Shown here one piece after another: positions 27,066-42,279 of a DNA stretch of 64,000 bases. Source of the stretch: Octopus vulgaris (lineage: Eukaryota); contig OX597814.1 in NCBI GenBank assembly GCA_951406725.2, positions 106,330,001 through 106,394,000 on the forward strand, in the 5' to 3' direction. Position numbers and translations under genes: made by a program. The stretch's first letter is position 1; each line of letters begins with the position of its first letter. The notes beneath the pieces are model-generated. The model was given only the letters and a program-made list of their open reading frames with translations. It was not told the DNA's origin and did not search any database.

Positions 27066-27574
27066 TGGCTTACAATAACTCGAGTGTAAATAACTGTTGT
27101 TACTGTAACATTGTCATCTCCATCAGCTATTATCGCCGTCGTCGTCACTATGTCCAGTCAGCATCATCATCATCATCTCCACAATCACCAACGCCATCAC
27201 CCCGATAAGTTCCTTCGTTCGCTGAAAAAAAACCATCCCCACCATCCCCACCGTGACCACCACAACAATCATTTGGCAAACCGATAGAGTCGCCGTTAGA
27301 GCATCGCGCAGAATGCTTCGCGATTATTGCTCTGACTTTCTGAGACGTGAGTTCAAATCTCGGTCGAGGCTGGCAAAAAACAAAAAAAAAAAAAGGTTTC
27401 TTTTTTAAAGAAAAACAAAATCAATCAATCGAATGTGTTGCAATGATGGAATGTAAGAACATCACAACGGATACCTTGCGGTATTAACTGCGGCCCTTTG
27501 CTTTCTGAGCTTCACCTGGTTTCGAACCAACACACAACAACTTGGGCAACCTGCCTCGGTCACAAGCATTCGAA

Positions 27575-28045
<471 letters not shown>

Positions 28046-28331
28046 CACCCCAACCATCCATAACTCCTATAGCGTCACGGAAACACTACCAACCCTCACC
28101 ACCACCACCACCACCGCGCCGCCATCACAATTACCGACACAACGTTTCTGTTCGCTGCGATAAAACAAACAGAGGTGTCTTTAATACACCGATCTATTGT
28201 CATCACTTAATGTCCCCACCAGCCACACCGCCACAACCTGAGAGAGAATTATCTGCATGCATTTTAGGGACACACACAGAACTTCTCACTCTCTCTCTTT
28301 TTTCTCGTTCTCCCTCTCTTTATATATATAA

Positions 28332-28386
<55 letters not shown>

Positions 28387-28402
28387 TATATATATAAACA
28401 CA

Positions 28403-28436
<34 letters not shown>

Positions 28437-28502
28437 CATACATACATATATAGACATATATGTGTGTGCATCCATATACGTATTCACACAGACACACATA
28501 TT

Positions 28503-28537
<35 letters not shown>

Positions 28538-28662
28538 TTATATATATATGTATGTATGTATATATATTTATATATATATGTATGTATGTATATATATATA
28601 TTTATATATATATATATATATATGTGTGTGTATGTATGTGTGTCTATGCATATGTTTAAGTG

Positions 28663-28726
<64 letters not shown>

Positions 28727-29097
28727 AAACGAATGTTTTTACACATGGTAGCTTACTGGTAGCTGCGAGTGGATGAATCTAAAGCCGTGGAAGAAACACA
28801 CACTTGCAGTCGTACACACACACATACACATACACACATATACACACATGCACACATATACACATACACACAATCACACACACACATACATACCTACACA
28901 TATATATACTCACACACATGCGTATATACACAAATATAGACACAAACACATACAAGTACATACTCATGCACAGCCACACATACATTCACGTACACACACA
29001 CCTACACACAAATATATACACATACCTACACATATACACACACATACGCACACACTTATATACACATATACACACATAGATAGATAGAAAGACATTG

Positions 29098-29174
<77 letters not shown>

Positions 29175-29175
<1 letters not shown>

Positions 29176-29800
29176 TGTTTCTTTATTAGCCACACAGGGC
29201 TGAAGACAGGGGACAAAATACAAAGTAGAGCTTTTGTTTTTGGGAAGGAAAAAAGGGTGGGGTAGAATTTCGATCAAAAGGGATCGCGGAAAAAAAAGGA
29301 GGCCGATCAATAAAGATCGTGTATCACAGAAATGTCATAATGTAAAAGGGGAAACAGATTAGGTTTATCAGTGGAAAGAAAGGCCTACAGAAAAGACCAC
29401 GATAACCTCGGGTAATAATGTCATGCAAAAAAACATATTACAGTAAGTGACTCTCTTTTTTCCTTTCTTTTTCTGGTTAATAGAATTATGCTCAAGGTGG
29501 CTCCGTCATTCACACGTGCCATCCTTGCTACGTTCACCCATCTTTTTTTGAAACATTCACTAGACAAAACTTCCCTCTATACTCTCACTTTCCTCTTGAA
29601 GTGATACTTGAATAAGTTGATGAGAGATTCACCAGAGAGGAAAGTGTTTGTCTCTAGACCTTTCAGACGCGTCCACCATACACATTCTTTCGCCATACCC
29701 ACAGGTCGGAAATGGTTGGACACTGTACGAGTGCGTGCAGAACGGCTTCGTTGCTCTAACCGCATCTCGGGCAGGTCGGCTCCGTGTTCCTCGAGTCATG
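29175..29800 (-). mobile_element. Tx1-like LINE 3' fragment, copy 1 (internally deleted)
   Basis: Homologous to 60192-61178; AKECVWWTRLKGLETNTFLSGESLINLFKYHFKRKVRV; 3' end joins (GATA)n. Confidence 0.85.
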
Positions 29801-29856
29801 ATATATATATATGTGTGTGTGTGTGTGTATGTGTAGATATAGATATAGTTAGAGTT

Positions 29857-29917
<61 letters not shown>

Positions 29918-31145
29918 GTTATTCATAAATAATGGCATAGATTCTGAGCTGTAGACTTACACTAAATTGTAAGAGATACGAAAACGAAAGAAGACAGATA
30001 TTTATTTTATTGGTTTGATGCGGTAGAAAGAAGTGCATCCTTGGCTTTCCTCCTTAGGTGTGGTGGTCATGGGAAATTCTGCTCGTGAATAGTTGTCAGC
30101 TCTTGGCGGTAGGGAAACACAGAGTTAATTTCAGAGGCCAAACCTTCTGAGAGGAAAGAACCAAATATTAGGTATTGTTGAGAAAGAATACGGATACGAA
30201 AGGCAGAGATACTATACAGTCAGGTTGGTCATAATTGGATTTGGTACGATTGGCCCATTGATAGTTACAGTCCTTAAAATTTAAGTTCAAATCCGCCGAG
30301 GTTGATTTTAATTTTCAATGTTTCTGGGTCGATACCATAATGCCGGTCACGTACTGCGGCCTACTTAATCTGCCCTACCCAACCCCCACTGAAAATATGC
30401 ATATTTTTGCTTACGTTAGAAATCCTTGGTTATATTAATTCAGAGAAGAAATCAATAATATTCTACGAAATGGAATATTTCTTTCAAAATGTCACGAGGG
30501 TTTAACCATTTGATTCTGAAGAAGATAACATCAACTCCTTCAAAGAACTCAAAAACTGGCGATGCTAAAGTGAAATACGCACTCACAAACATGAATTTAC
30601 CACTTACAAACATATATACATACATACATACATACACACACACATACACTCCAAAGTATAGTTTTAAATCTTGACTAACCCATGAAAGAATCTGTGTAAA
30701 TGGATTATTTATAGTCGATATCTAAGAACTGAGCTGGTGGTCAATACATTTGCTGATGATCAATATGTCATTGGAAAAAATATCATAACAGATTACGGAT
30801 GGATTTTTTATTTCATAGAACAAAGATTACAAAACAAAAACCACGAGTAAGAATATAGGAATGGTAAGTAAGAATTTCTGTTATTTTTTTTTTTTACTTT
30901 TTCAAACGAAGAAATGTAGAAATCTATTTTGCTCTCCTAAACTCAATATAGCATTATTTCCACTCTACCGTATACATTGCTCTGGAATTGGATTATATGT
31001 TTACTCAGCTATCATCCTCCTCCCTTCCCTCTCTCTTTCTCATACTTTTGCTCCCACTACAATATCTAAATGTACGTGTATATACGCATATATATTTGAG
31101 TGTATAACCACATACACGCATGCACACATACATATACATGTATAC

Positions 31146-31209
<64 letters not shown>

Positions 31210-31210
31210 G

Positions 31211-31250
<40 letters not shown>

Positions 31251-31260
31251 GTATATATAT

Positions 31261-31305
<45 letters not shown>

Positions 31306-31947
31306 AATATATAGATATGCATATTTATAAGAATATATGTGTATATATGTATATGTATATAGCTTTGTGTGTGTGCGTTCGTGCGCGTGTATGTATGTGT
31401 ATGTACGTGTTAACACTATGTGACTTAATCTGCATTAATCAAATTCTCACAGACATAAAAGCCCGTTTGATGATTCAAATGCTGTCAATTTAAGTAGCGA
31501 AGCTGCCACAGGTTCTAGCGAAGGATGACGTCATCGATGGTGTAAAACGTTCATTTCTTTAAGTTTGTTCTGAGATGACAATCGTCATGACATTTGCCGT
31601 ATATCATGGAACAACTTCTGAACGAAGAGAGTTACTCTGACATGACAGGCGACAGTAAGCTCTATTGCTTTCACTAGAAATTCGGGGCCTTGAAACTGAT
31701 CTGCCTTTTGCAATCCAGAGTTTACTCGAGAACACCCCTTTTTTGTTCGCTCAGATGTACCGGTTTTGTCTCCCAGAGAAACTTAACAAAATTGCTCGCT
31801 AAGGATCTCTGTCTGTTTCTCAGCCATTCTTCACCTCTGGGTCCATTTGATTCCATTCGATGAATATAAAATAAATTTTACTGTATTTTTAATAAAATAC
31901 CATTAAAAATTCTATAAAAAGATTAAAATATTTTGTGCAGTGAAGTA

Positions 31948-32430
31948 TTCTTTCACTTGTTTCATTCATTTGACTGCGGCCATGCTGGAGCACCGCCTTT
32001 TTAGTCGAAGAAATCGACCCCAGGACATATTTTTTTTTTTTTTTTTTTAAGGTGTAGCGTTTGTAAGAGTCTAGATTGAATTGATATATCGGTTCCATTC
32101 TAGCAAAAACTGTCTGATGAACGGCAACGAGAAACTCAGAGTAACAGATTTTGTTGAATTTTTTGCTGCTTTAAATAAAGCATATTACTCTACCACTGGT
32201 ATTTGAGTACTCTTTTTTCCACCTTGTTTCACATTTATGTGTTTACTCCGGTATATATATATATATACGACGGGCTTCTTTCAGTTTCCGTGTACCAAAT
32301 CCACTCACAAGGCTTTGGTCGGCTCGAGGTTATAGTAGAAGACACTTGCCCAAGGTGCCACGCAGTAGGACTGAACCCTGAACCATGTAGTTGAGAAGCA
32401 AGCTTCTTCCCACACAGCCACGCCTGTGCG
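31948..32430 (-). mobile_element. SINE family A split (31948-32030, 32255-32430) by an HHR-bearing insert
   Basis: Tail and head pieces flank unrelated sequence at 32050-32252. Confidence 0.75.
32110..32147 (+). ncRNA. Minimal type I hammerhead ribozyme motif
   Basis: ctgt-CTGATGA(32114-20)-a-cg-gcaa-cg-a-GAAA(32131-34)-ctcagag-TA-acag; perfect stem I, A.A mismatch at the base of stem II. Confidence 0.72.
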
Positions 32431-32584
32431 TAGTATAAACAATTTATTGCAGATAAGTTTTAACATCAAAATCTTATATGGAGCCCGGTTGAGATTTAAT
32501 TTTAAGCCGTTTAAGAACCCTTCATAATCTTTGCTGGAACATTACTAAGATTCTATTGGAGATTTCAAGGTATATCACCTATTG

Positions 32585-32812
32585 ATTTCAAATTTTGGCA
32601 CAAGGCCAGCAATTTCTGATGAGGGGATAAGTCGATTACTTCGACCTCACTATTCGACTGGTACACTTTTTATCGATATATTTTATCCACCGCGAGAGGA
32701 TGAAAGGGAAAATCGACTTCGATGGAGTTTGAACTCAGAACGTAATGACGGACGAATTGACACTAAGTATTTTGCCCGGCGTGCTAACGGTTCTGCCAGC
32801 TCACTGCTACCT
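32585..32812 (-). mobile_element. SINE family B
   Basis: tttgaactcagaacgt...gcccggcgtgctaacggttctgccagctc. Confidence 0.75.
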
Positions 32813-33246
32813 TCAACTACTTTGACGTATTGCCTCAACGTATCCCCGTTTAGCTATCGTTCAATAACGCCTGACAGCCTCTCTAACAGCGATCAGTCAT
32901 CTACAAGTCGTATACAGCTACTTACTTCATCACATGACATGAAACCACCAGTAGGGTTAAACTTTCTGTATAATCCAATGACATCCACTCTTCTTTAGAA
33001 CTTTTGCTACCTTCCTCACACAGACATCAGCAATTATTTATAAGCATTATATGAATGACTCATATGATCGTCCCAATGTAAGCTCTCATTTTAAATTCTG
33101 CTTTCTAAATAATTGATATTTGGCCCTTATTCTTTATCATAAATGTTGCTTCAGTAACCCCACAAGTGAAGTGCTTTCTGTTTAAAATATTAATTTAAAT
33201 TTGGTTTTGGCTTATAATGTTTATAATGTTGCAACATTACAATGAG

Positions 33247-33419
33247 ATAATATGGCAGTCCTGGTTTAGGATGAACGTTGCTGTAATTTAGCCCAGGAGA
33301 CATCGTCTCCAGCTGGCTATACGATACGATCTGTGTCCTTATATCGTGTCGTATATAGATGATGTCTCTTGGGGCTAAATTACAGCAATATTTGTCCTGA
33401 ACCAGGACTGCCATGTTAT
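33247..33419. repeat. Imperfect fold-back (about 62-bp arms plus a 13-bp inner stem)
   Basis: atggcagtcctggtttagga...gagacatcgtct versus agatgatgtctc...tcctgaaccaggactgccat. Confidence 0.85.
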
Positions 33420-34609
33420 GTTGGCAAACAATCTTTACTACAAAGTACTGTTGCTGAATATCTCACGTTATGAGATTTAAAAATAGTAATTTTCTAATTA
33501 GAATGAGAGTTTTACGAACGGTTTTGGATTGGAATTATAGTTTAAAGAGGCCACGAGGATCAGAGCCAACGCTCTGTGTTATTCTCCCATATCAGAGGAA
33601 AATATTTTTATATAAATATCCATAATGCAACAGGGGTTCCTAGAAAAAAATAATATTTTTTCAGCAGATTTTTTCATGAAAATTTTACAAAAGCTTTCGA
33701 TCAAATATGAAAGATTTCATCGGTGTAAATGTATGGTGCTAATATTACAATTCTTGCGATTGATATCTTCAAAGATCTCGTTGATTACTGAGTTCCTTGT
33801 TCTTGGCACCATTAAAAGATAGAATCTTGGATAAAGTTATTAGAAACGCCGGTTGATGAGAGAAAAAAATAATGTAATAAATAGTCTATTGTTATTGATA
33901 GATTCTGTCCAGTTTATTGTTGTTCGTTATTTACAGATAGCTTCGAAGCATTTATCACGACTCAGCTCTGTTATTTCGGAACAACGAACAATGAACTGCA
34001 GACTTGATGTAGCAACTTCCACTATCATTCACACCATCACCAATCAACATGTTCGACTATTTTTAAAATAATACCTCTCTTGTTAACCATCATCGATTAC
34101 CTGATCGATTACTTCACTGTCCACTCGGCTGCCACACGAGCTGAGGAAACTAAGAAATCCATTTATTTTACCAACAAAGTGTATTTTTGCTTTTTTGATA
34201 TGTCGAAACTATTCTTTTCCCAGGCGATTATTTCGCTGGCACAGTAAGAGGTTAGAGGCGAAACTAAATCAAAATGACGATGTACAGGAGAAATACAATG
34301 ACAAGCAAGATAATTTGGTTTGAAAATTAAAGACAAAAATGAGTTTAAGCGAGATGACGGATTGGCCAATAAGTAGATAGTCCGGCAAAATGTCTTCAAG
34401 TATTTAACCAAGTCGCTTAACTTTTATAGTTCGAATCTGAGCATTGTCGACATCTAGGGTCGACAGAATAAGAGCCAGGTGTACCCCTGAATAGATTTTA
34501 ATTGACGATGCACCCTCTTGCACCCCGACCCCAATATCTGTTTCGTTTTGCCATTATCAGAAATCTATCAAAACGATTAGAGGAATACAATTTCAAATAT
34601 TGATTATAT

Positions 34610-34777
34610 AGGCAGGAGTGTCTGTGGTAAGAGGCTTACTTCCCAACCACATTGTTCTAGGTTCAGTCCCACTGCGTAACAAACATGAGCAAGTGTCTTC
34701 TACTATATCCTCGTGTTGACCAAAGCCTTGTGAGTGGATTTGGTAGACGGAGACTGAAAGAAGCTCGTCGTATATAC

Positions 34778-34853
<76 letters not shown>

Positions 34854-35012
34854 GTGTGTGAGTGTGTGCATTTGTGTGTCTGTGTCTGTCGCCCCCACCA
34901 TCGCTTGACAACCGATGTTGGTGTGTTTACGTCCTCATAACTTAGCGGTTCGGGAATAGAGACCGATAGGCCGCAGTCAAATGACTGAAACAAATAAAAG
35001 AGTAAAAGAATA
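34610..35012 (+). mobile_element. SINE family A with internal deletion
   Basis: gaccgatag|gccgcagtc joins the two flanks of the missing segment. Confidence 0.85.
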
Positions 35013-35448
35013 TAGGTATATGCATAGTTATGTGTCTAAGAATTTCATTTCGTAACTATGAGGTTGCGGTATCGAATCCATTGCGCGGCACATTATCCAA
35101 GTGGCTATCACTATATAACCTAAGTCGACCGAATCATCTATATGAAATGTTGTCCACGCTGATTGTTGAAAAATGTCAGTGTGTATGTGTGTGTGTTCGT
35201 GCATGCGTGCGCGTGAGTGTGTGTGTGTGTGTGATATTTGTATTTCTCGTTTATCGGTCTAAAGATGTGATAGCTTATGCATGATGCCATCATGAGGTGC
35301 ATGCACGGATTGCACCTTAATGTGACATGAAATACCGGAGAGAGCAATATATGTAACAGGTGAAATAAAGAAGTAATGAATTCCAGCCCATGTTCTTTTT
35401 CTCTCATTATATAAAGGTATGCGTGTGGGAGGTGTAATTATTTACATG

Positions 35449-35489
<41 letters not shown>

Positions 35490-35603
35490 TTGGAATTAGA
35501 TGCGTGGCGTTCAATCAAATAATAATATAAATAATATATATATAATATATATATATATATTTATATAATATATGCACACATATATATATTATATATATAT
35601 GTA

Positions 35604-35692
<89 letters not shown>

Positions 35693-35985
35693 ATACATGC
35701 ATATATGGGTACAGGACGTCACCAACAGTAAACAACATGAAATACGAAAGCAAATAAGTTCAATACGTAAACAACGAGGGAAACAAATGGAAAACAGGAG
35801 AGGTAGCATAAAGACCACGACTCTTTGTCAGTTGTCGGCTGACACATCCATGTACACAAACGCATCGACAGGAACATGGAGACCGCCAGTTCTCTATGTT
35901 TAATATAAATATATGCATGAAACACATGCATATGGCTCCAGTGTTTTACATATAAAAGCATTCTCATGTAAACTCATATATACAC

Positions 35986-36075
<90 letters not shown>

Positions 36076-36198
36076 GGAATAATTACTATGAAACATGGAA
36101 GCATTGTGTAGAATATATGGTATAAAGGATCGTGGGTGAGGCCAAAACTATGCAAAGTAAATCCAAGGTAAATCACAAGAAAACAAATAAGGAACTTT

Positions 36199-36332
36199 AT
36201 GTTGACTCATCTTGTATTCAATAATTCGGGGTTATGACCCCATTTTTAAGAAATTGACGATTGTTGCCGAAAATTGTTTCTCGAAAATGGGGTGATAACC
36301 CCGAAATATTGAATACAAGGTAAGTCTACATT
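36199..36332. repeat. Imperfect fold-back (about 55-bp arms) with a decayed HHR-shaped motif
   Basis: cttgtattcaataattcggggttatgaccccattt versus aaatggggtgataaccccgaaatattgaatacaag. Confidence 0.8.
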
Positions 36333-38871
36333 AATTCACATATTTGTTTTTTTTTTATTGTGATTTACCTTCCATTTACTTCGAATTGCTTTGGCTTTAC
36401 CTGCGATCCTTTATACAATATGTGTGTGTGTGTGTGTGTGTGCGTATGTATGTATGTATGTATGTATGTATGTATGTATGTATGTATGTATGTATGCATG
36501 TATGTATGTATGTAATTACTGCCTCTGTTTATATAGATATGTGTGTGTGTAAAATCTAGGGAGTTGGAACGAAAACAAGAAAGCCAGGAAGGCGTTGGTT
36601 GATTAGGTGTTTGCCATGTGGTGTAAAGGCGATAAAATAATAGGTGAATCACTGGCTGAAAACTCTATTATCCGTAAGAGAACAGGCATCAAGAACTCTC
36701 AGAACGCTTGTTTAGCTTTCATACGTAAACGTAATAATGATGGTAACCTCTCCTCTCATCACTTCATCTCGCCCGCCTCCGCCTCTTTACTGCTCTCTTT
36801 CTCGCCCTCCAATTTGCTTCGCCAACACTCTTGATTAATATCATCAATGGCTGATGGTCTCGTCTCTAGAGAGAGACCTGGGTTGATTGATGCGTCTTTT
36901 CGACTAATTGAATTGCTGAGGAGGGAAATAAATAAATAAATAAAAGAAAGGGAATGTCGACAAGAGAGAGAGAGAGAGAGAGTCTGAGGCAGACAGACAG
37001 ATAGAGAAAGGTGAATGGGGAAGGAAGGAAGTAAGGAAGGAGGAGGAAAAACGAGAGTAAGATGAAGAGGGAATATGTAGGAGAGAGGAACACATGAAAG
37101 AAAAAATCCGAGAGAAAAAGGAAGAGAAAGAAAGAGGAGAGATAAAGAGAGAAAGAAAGAATGAATGAATGCTAGCATATGCCAAATAACTTGAATTGGC
37201 TTTTGACTCCCTTGTGAGAGGCCTTTTATCAAATATACTTCGAGTCCAGAGAAACCGTCTACTTGAGCTGATATCAAGGGATTCCCTATGATACAACTCA
37301 GCATGTTGTTATAGTAATAATTAATTCTACAAAGATACAGCCGCCATTTTGTAAAATTCATCGTTATATATTTTGCCACCATTAACGATTTTTTTCTTGC
37401 CTTTCCTTCTCTTGCTATGACTGTTTACTCATTATTTATTTCATTACCGCTATTTAAAAGCTATTATTGGTTTGCTCCTATTGTATTCTTATTCGTTGTT
37501 ATTTAAGCTTTAATTGCTGTTTCGGTTTATAAATATAAATGAACAAATTTCGTCTGGAACGAGACTAACTACATAGCACAGCTTACCAACTTGTACTTTT
37601 TATCTACTTTGCCAAGAAAAAATTTATATTTTAAAATATATAATAAATTCTATTGAAAGGCGATAAAATGAAACATTTTTTAAGTGATAAAAAAAAACAT
37701 TTGTTATATATTGCTTAAAATGCCAAACTCTAAAGAATGGGTGAATTCTGTAGTCTTAGTGAATAGAGTCTGTGATTTTCAATTCCCGGTTGGCGCTATT
37801 TCTCTTTCAGCTAAATAATATTAGGTTCTCAAAGTTTATTTCTCTCTAAAATTTCTTGGTTTCCAAAATTTCTTTGCCACTATTGGGGAATATTTTATAA
37901 AATCTAAGTTTGACAAGATTAGCAAAAAGAGTTTGGAAACGAGAAAAACGGGTTTTGAACTCGAGTTAAAAATTTGGGCATTTTTCTTACAGATTTGTAA
38001 TGTCTGCTATTTAGCGCTGATCTCTCGTGAACATTAATTCTTACCAATTCCAGATGTTTTATAATTATGATAATTAGCTGGAAAACTAAAATGTCTCCTC
38101 AGCTTCTTTTTAGTAAACAAAGTTTTCCAAACGAAATTATAATTTCTTGTCATCTTCCACTAATATCTAATTTTCTTTCCCTGTGAAATGTTTGTCAGAT
38201 GAGAAGATCATGGATGGAATCAGTAACCAGGACACACAAATATTCAGTATACTTCCAGTCTTGATAGTCATTCAGGGTCCCTATTCTCCTTCGAAGATAT
38301 TTGAATTTAACCCACCCCCTAATTGCCTCCTATCTTTATAACTCATTTACCTCCCATCTTTACAATTGCCGTCCCTCTCGTCTTTATCTCTGTTGATTGA
38401 GATCGCATTATTTCTGGGTAAATTTTATTCTTAAAGAGTTCAAATTGTTACTTTTAGATTGAAAAAGAGGAATTCTAGAATCTGCACCGCGTCCCTCCAT
38501 CGTACACGACATAATAGCAATAGAAAATTCGTATTTCTTTGTAAACATCATCACTGGTAAAGAGATTCTACGTAGTCACATGACGCGTTCAATTCACTCG
38601 ACAGCGTTATAGTAACTATGTAGCAACTGATTTTATTTCAATAAACCCTTACAATTTTTAGTGTGTACAGGATCTTCGATATTAAGACTACATGTCTTCT
38701 ATAAAGATAACCAACAATAAGCAGTCGATTATCTTTGTAGAGATATTCTTTTCTTGGTTTGATAATTTCTGTAGCAAAAATAACATACACAATAAACACC
38801 ATGTTTTCACGACACCAGCACGAAATACTTGGAAGCTACCAAGACATTCGTTGGTTCTGCACATATTCTAT

Positions 38872-39658
38872 TCTTTTATACTCTAGGCACAAGGCCTGAA
38901 ATTTTGGGGTGGAGGGAGTCAGTCGATTAGATCGACCCCTGTACGCAACTGGTACTCAATTTATCGACCCCGAAAGGTTGAAAGGCAAAGTTGACCTCGG
39001 CGGAATTTGAACTCAGAACGTAAAGACAGACGAAATACCTATTTCTTTACTACCCACCAGGGGCTAAATACAGAGAAGAGAAACAAGGACAGACAAACGG
39101 ATTAAGTCGATTATATCGATCCCAGTGCATAACTGGTACTTAATTTATCGACCCCGAAAGGATGAAAGGCAAAGTCGACCTCGGCGGAATTTGAACTCAG
39201 AACGTAGTAACAGTCGATATACGGCTAAGCATTTCGCCCGGCGTGCTAACGTTTCTTTGCCCACAAGGGGCTAAACATAGAGGGGACAAACAAGAACAGA
39301 CAAACGGATTAAGCCAATTACATCGACCCCAGTACGTAACTGGTACTTATTTAATCAACCCCGAAAGGATGAAAGGCAAAGTCGACCTCGGCGGAATTGG
39401 AAGTAAGAACGTTATGGCAGACGAAATACCTATTTCTTTATTACCCACAAGGGGCTAAACACAGAGGGGACAAACAAGGACAGACATAAGTATTAAGTCG
39501 ATTACATCGACCCCAGTGCGTAACTGGTACTTAAGTTATCGACCCCGAAAGGATGAAAGGCAAAGTCGACCTCGGCGGAATTTGAACTCACAACGTAACG
39601 CAGACGAAATACCGATAAGCATTTCGCCCGGCGTGCTAACGTCTCTGCCAGCTCGCTA
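38872..39658 (-). mobile_element. SINE family B concatemer (4 bodies) within one apparent TSD
   Basis: Four aaagtYgacctcggcggaatt bodies; flanks cacRtattctatt at 38860-38872 and 39665-39677. Confidence 0.88.
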
Positions 39659-40384
39659 ACTTTACACGTATTCTATTACTGTAATACTAAACTGTCTTTA
39701 ACCTGAATGACTGCGTGTTGAATGTTGATTCAATGAAAGGAATACTTCCAAGATCCAATACTCTTTATATTAAATAAAATTTATAATCAAACTAAATGAC
39801 AACACTAAACGACAGAATTGTGTCATTTTTATTCAATGTTAGTGTTCATTAGTAGACGTGGCATTCTCTTCCTCTTTTCAATGCATTGGAGTCGTTGTAC
39901 AATAACTGATTTGAATTATTTTAATCATTAATAAAATCGATTAAACTCTACACTCTTTTATTAAATCACTATAGACAATCTAATGAATCCATTTTCTTTA
40001 CTTTAACATTGTGAACGTTAAATAAACCTATAGCACAAGCCACACATTTAATAGAATCACATTTTTAACATTAAACCACAAAAATGAAATTACATTAGGT
40101 TTGTCTATCAGGCAAGAATCTTGACTTGTTAAATAACATTGCAAAACATCAACATGCATGACACAGAAGCATTTAAGCCTTTAAGTTTCGTTGAAAACAG
40201 TTGATAGATCAAATCGGATTCGACGGACTTTCAGTTGATGTACCATTCCACTAGTTATTCTGACAGTCATAATGTTTAGAGACTTACAACCTTTCTCAGT
40301 TTGCAGTGTTCCATACATAAAGATTATTCATGTCCGCATGCAAAGTAAAAATTATTGGTACGTTTCTGGCATATTATATTCTGG

Positions 40385-40559
40385 TATTCTGTTGTGTCTG
40401 GGGAGAGTCATTTTCTTTTTGTGCCTTATAATGTAACACACTCACCGGTAAAACTTCCACTTTTTTCTTATTTTTATTTTCCTAAAATTTTCGTTGCGTC
40501 TTGCAACCTTTTCAATAAGGCACAAAAAGAAAATGACTCTCTCCAGACACAACAGAATA
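40385..40559. repeat. Inverted repeat, 45-bp arms (one mismatch), 85-bp spacer
   Basis: 40385-40429 versus 40515-40559. Confidence 0.9.
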
Positions 40560-40934
40560 TGCTTCAATATACGAACTCATATAAAGAATCTTGCAAACCA
40601 AATCCAAAAACGAAATATTCTGGTATGTTTAAGGGAAAATTAAGGGTGGGGCTAGATGTTGTTAGATGCTAGCTGATATATGTGATGCCACTTATGAATA
40701 CCTGCTTAAACGTGGCCCTACATTTTCAGATCTTTGATCAGTGAGAGCCTTATTTGGGTTCTCTTAAAGGGAGTATCCATAGTAAAGAGGGAAAGGCTAA
40801 CATAACCGAATTTACCTCATCGAATACACTGTCTTCCAGTGTTAACGTTTCGAATGTCTAAAAGACGTTAGCTACAAGGTAAATAGCACACTTTATGTTA
40901 AAACATTCATTTTCGTTATTTTAACTACGAAGGG

Positions 40935-41185
40935 AATGAAAGGTCCTTCCCGAGCCATAAGCTCGTGCAGCCGATTTTCCGGATTCTGTGGCGTATATAT
41001 CTCCCCACTGGATAGAACACTGGTCAGTCGCAGCGTAAATCATTTTTGCCAGCTGAGTGGACTGGAGCAACGTGAAATGGTGTGTTTTGCTCAAGTTCAC
41101 AACGCGTCGCCCAGTCCAGGAATCGAAACCACAATTTTATAATCATGAGTCCAACGCCCTAACCACTAAGCCACGCGTTTCCACT
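40935..41185 (-). mobile_element. tRNA-derived SINE, family C-type head with a different tail
   Basis: Minus tggcttagtggttaggg...gtttcgattcc...ttgagcaaaacac...ttgctccagtccactcagctg. Confidence 0.8.
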
Positions 41186-41314
41186 CACACATACACAAAC
41201 ACACACACACATATACAAACACTCGCGTACATATATACACACATATATATGCATACATATACGTATACATATATACATACATATATGTATATATATATGT
41301 ATATACATATATAC

Positions 41315-41363
<49 letters not shown>

Positions 41364-41365
<2 letters not shown>

Positions 41366-41534
41366 ACCGCGTGTGTACCGTTGGCGATTTTTTTCCTCTG
41401 TCTTCCCTTCTCTGGATCTTTCCTTCTCCTATGTTTCCGACGAAAAGCTCCGCTCGAAACGTTAAACCCTCCTTCTTTCCTTCTTTCCTGAGCGTCCAAT
41501 AACACTATATTTGTTCCACGTCCTCGCGTTATTG

Positions 41535-41540
<6 letters not shown>
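41364..41540 (+). mobile_element. Short element in (TA)n with an HHR motif at 41433-41467
   Basis: gttt-CCGACGA-aa-agc-tcc-gct-c-GAAA-cg-TT-aaac; related to 880-1068. Confidence 0.65.
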
Positions 41541-41592
<52 letters not shown>

Positions 41593-41685
41593 ATATATAT
41601 GTACATATACATATATACATGTATTTATGTATGTAAGAACGTATGTAAGCATAAAATACACACACACACACTGACAGATATACAA

Positions 41686-41718
<33 letters not shown>

Positions 41719-42279
41719 CACATATATATATACATATACACATATATACATATATATATGCATATATACATTTATATATATAAGGACTATATATGCACAA
41801 AACACACACACACACACACATAGGTATATGTGCATATGTATATATCTGTGAGTAGATGAGTTTAAATGTGTGCACGCGTGTGTACGTATTGGACTTCACA
41901 CAGCCATTGCGTTTATCAGCATAATTATAATTTTGACGTTTGAGAATTTTCTCCTAAAAATGAGATCAGAGTTTATTTTGCCCAAACAAAACGTTACGCT
42001 ATCTTTTGGGAGTGGTACCTTAGGATATGCTACGTCTTGCAGTTGCTACCTGTGGCGCATAGATGTTTTTGAACATCTGTAGTTCGTATGTTTATTTACA
42101 TAACCTCTGTATTTTCGAGTAACTGTTTTATTTAAATTGTTTCCATTGCAGTTGAACCAGAAATATTGGACGGCATTTTCTTTCGGGAGTCGCAAAAGAG
42201 CAAAGAAACGGAAAGAGAAGGAAGGTGGACAACCTGTACTATGGATGGAAGACAGATATGAACACTCTGACTCTCGTAA

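Noticed and set aside
30750-30790. CTGATGA-t-caat/attg-GAAA hammerhead-like word
   Set aside because: No stem I or stem III pairing; could be chance.
38872-39658. Regularly spaced repeats resembling a CRISPR array
   Set aside because: The intervening sequence is itself repeated, there are no cas genes, and the context is eukaryotic SINE DNA.
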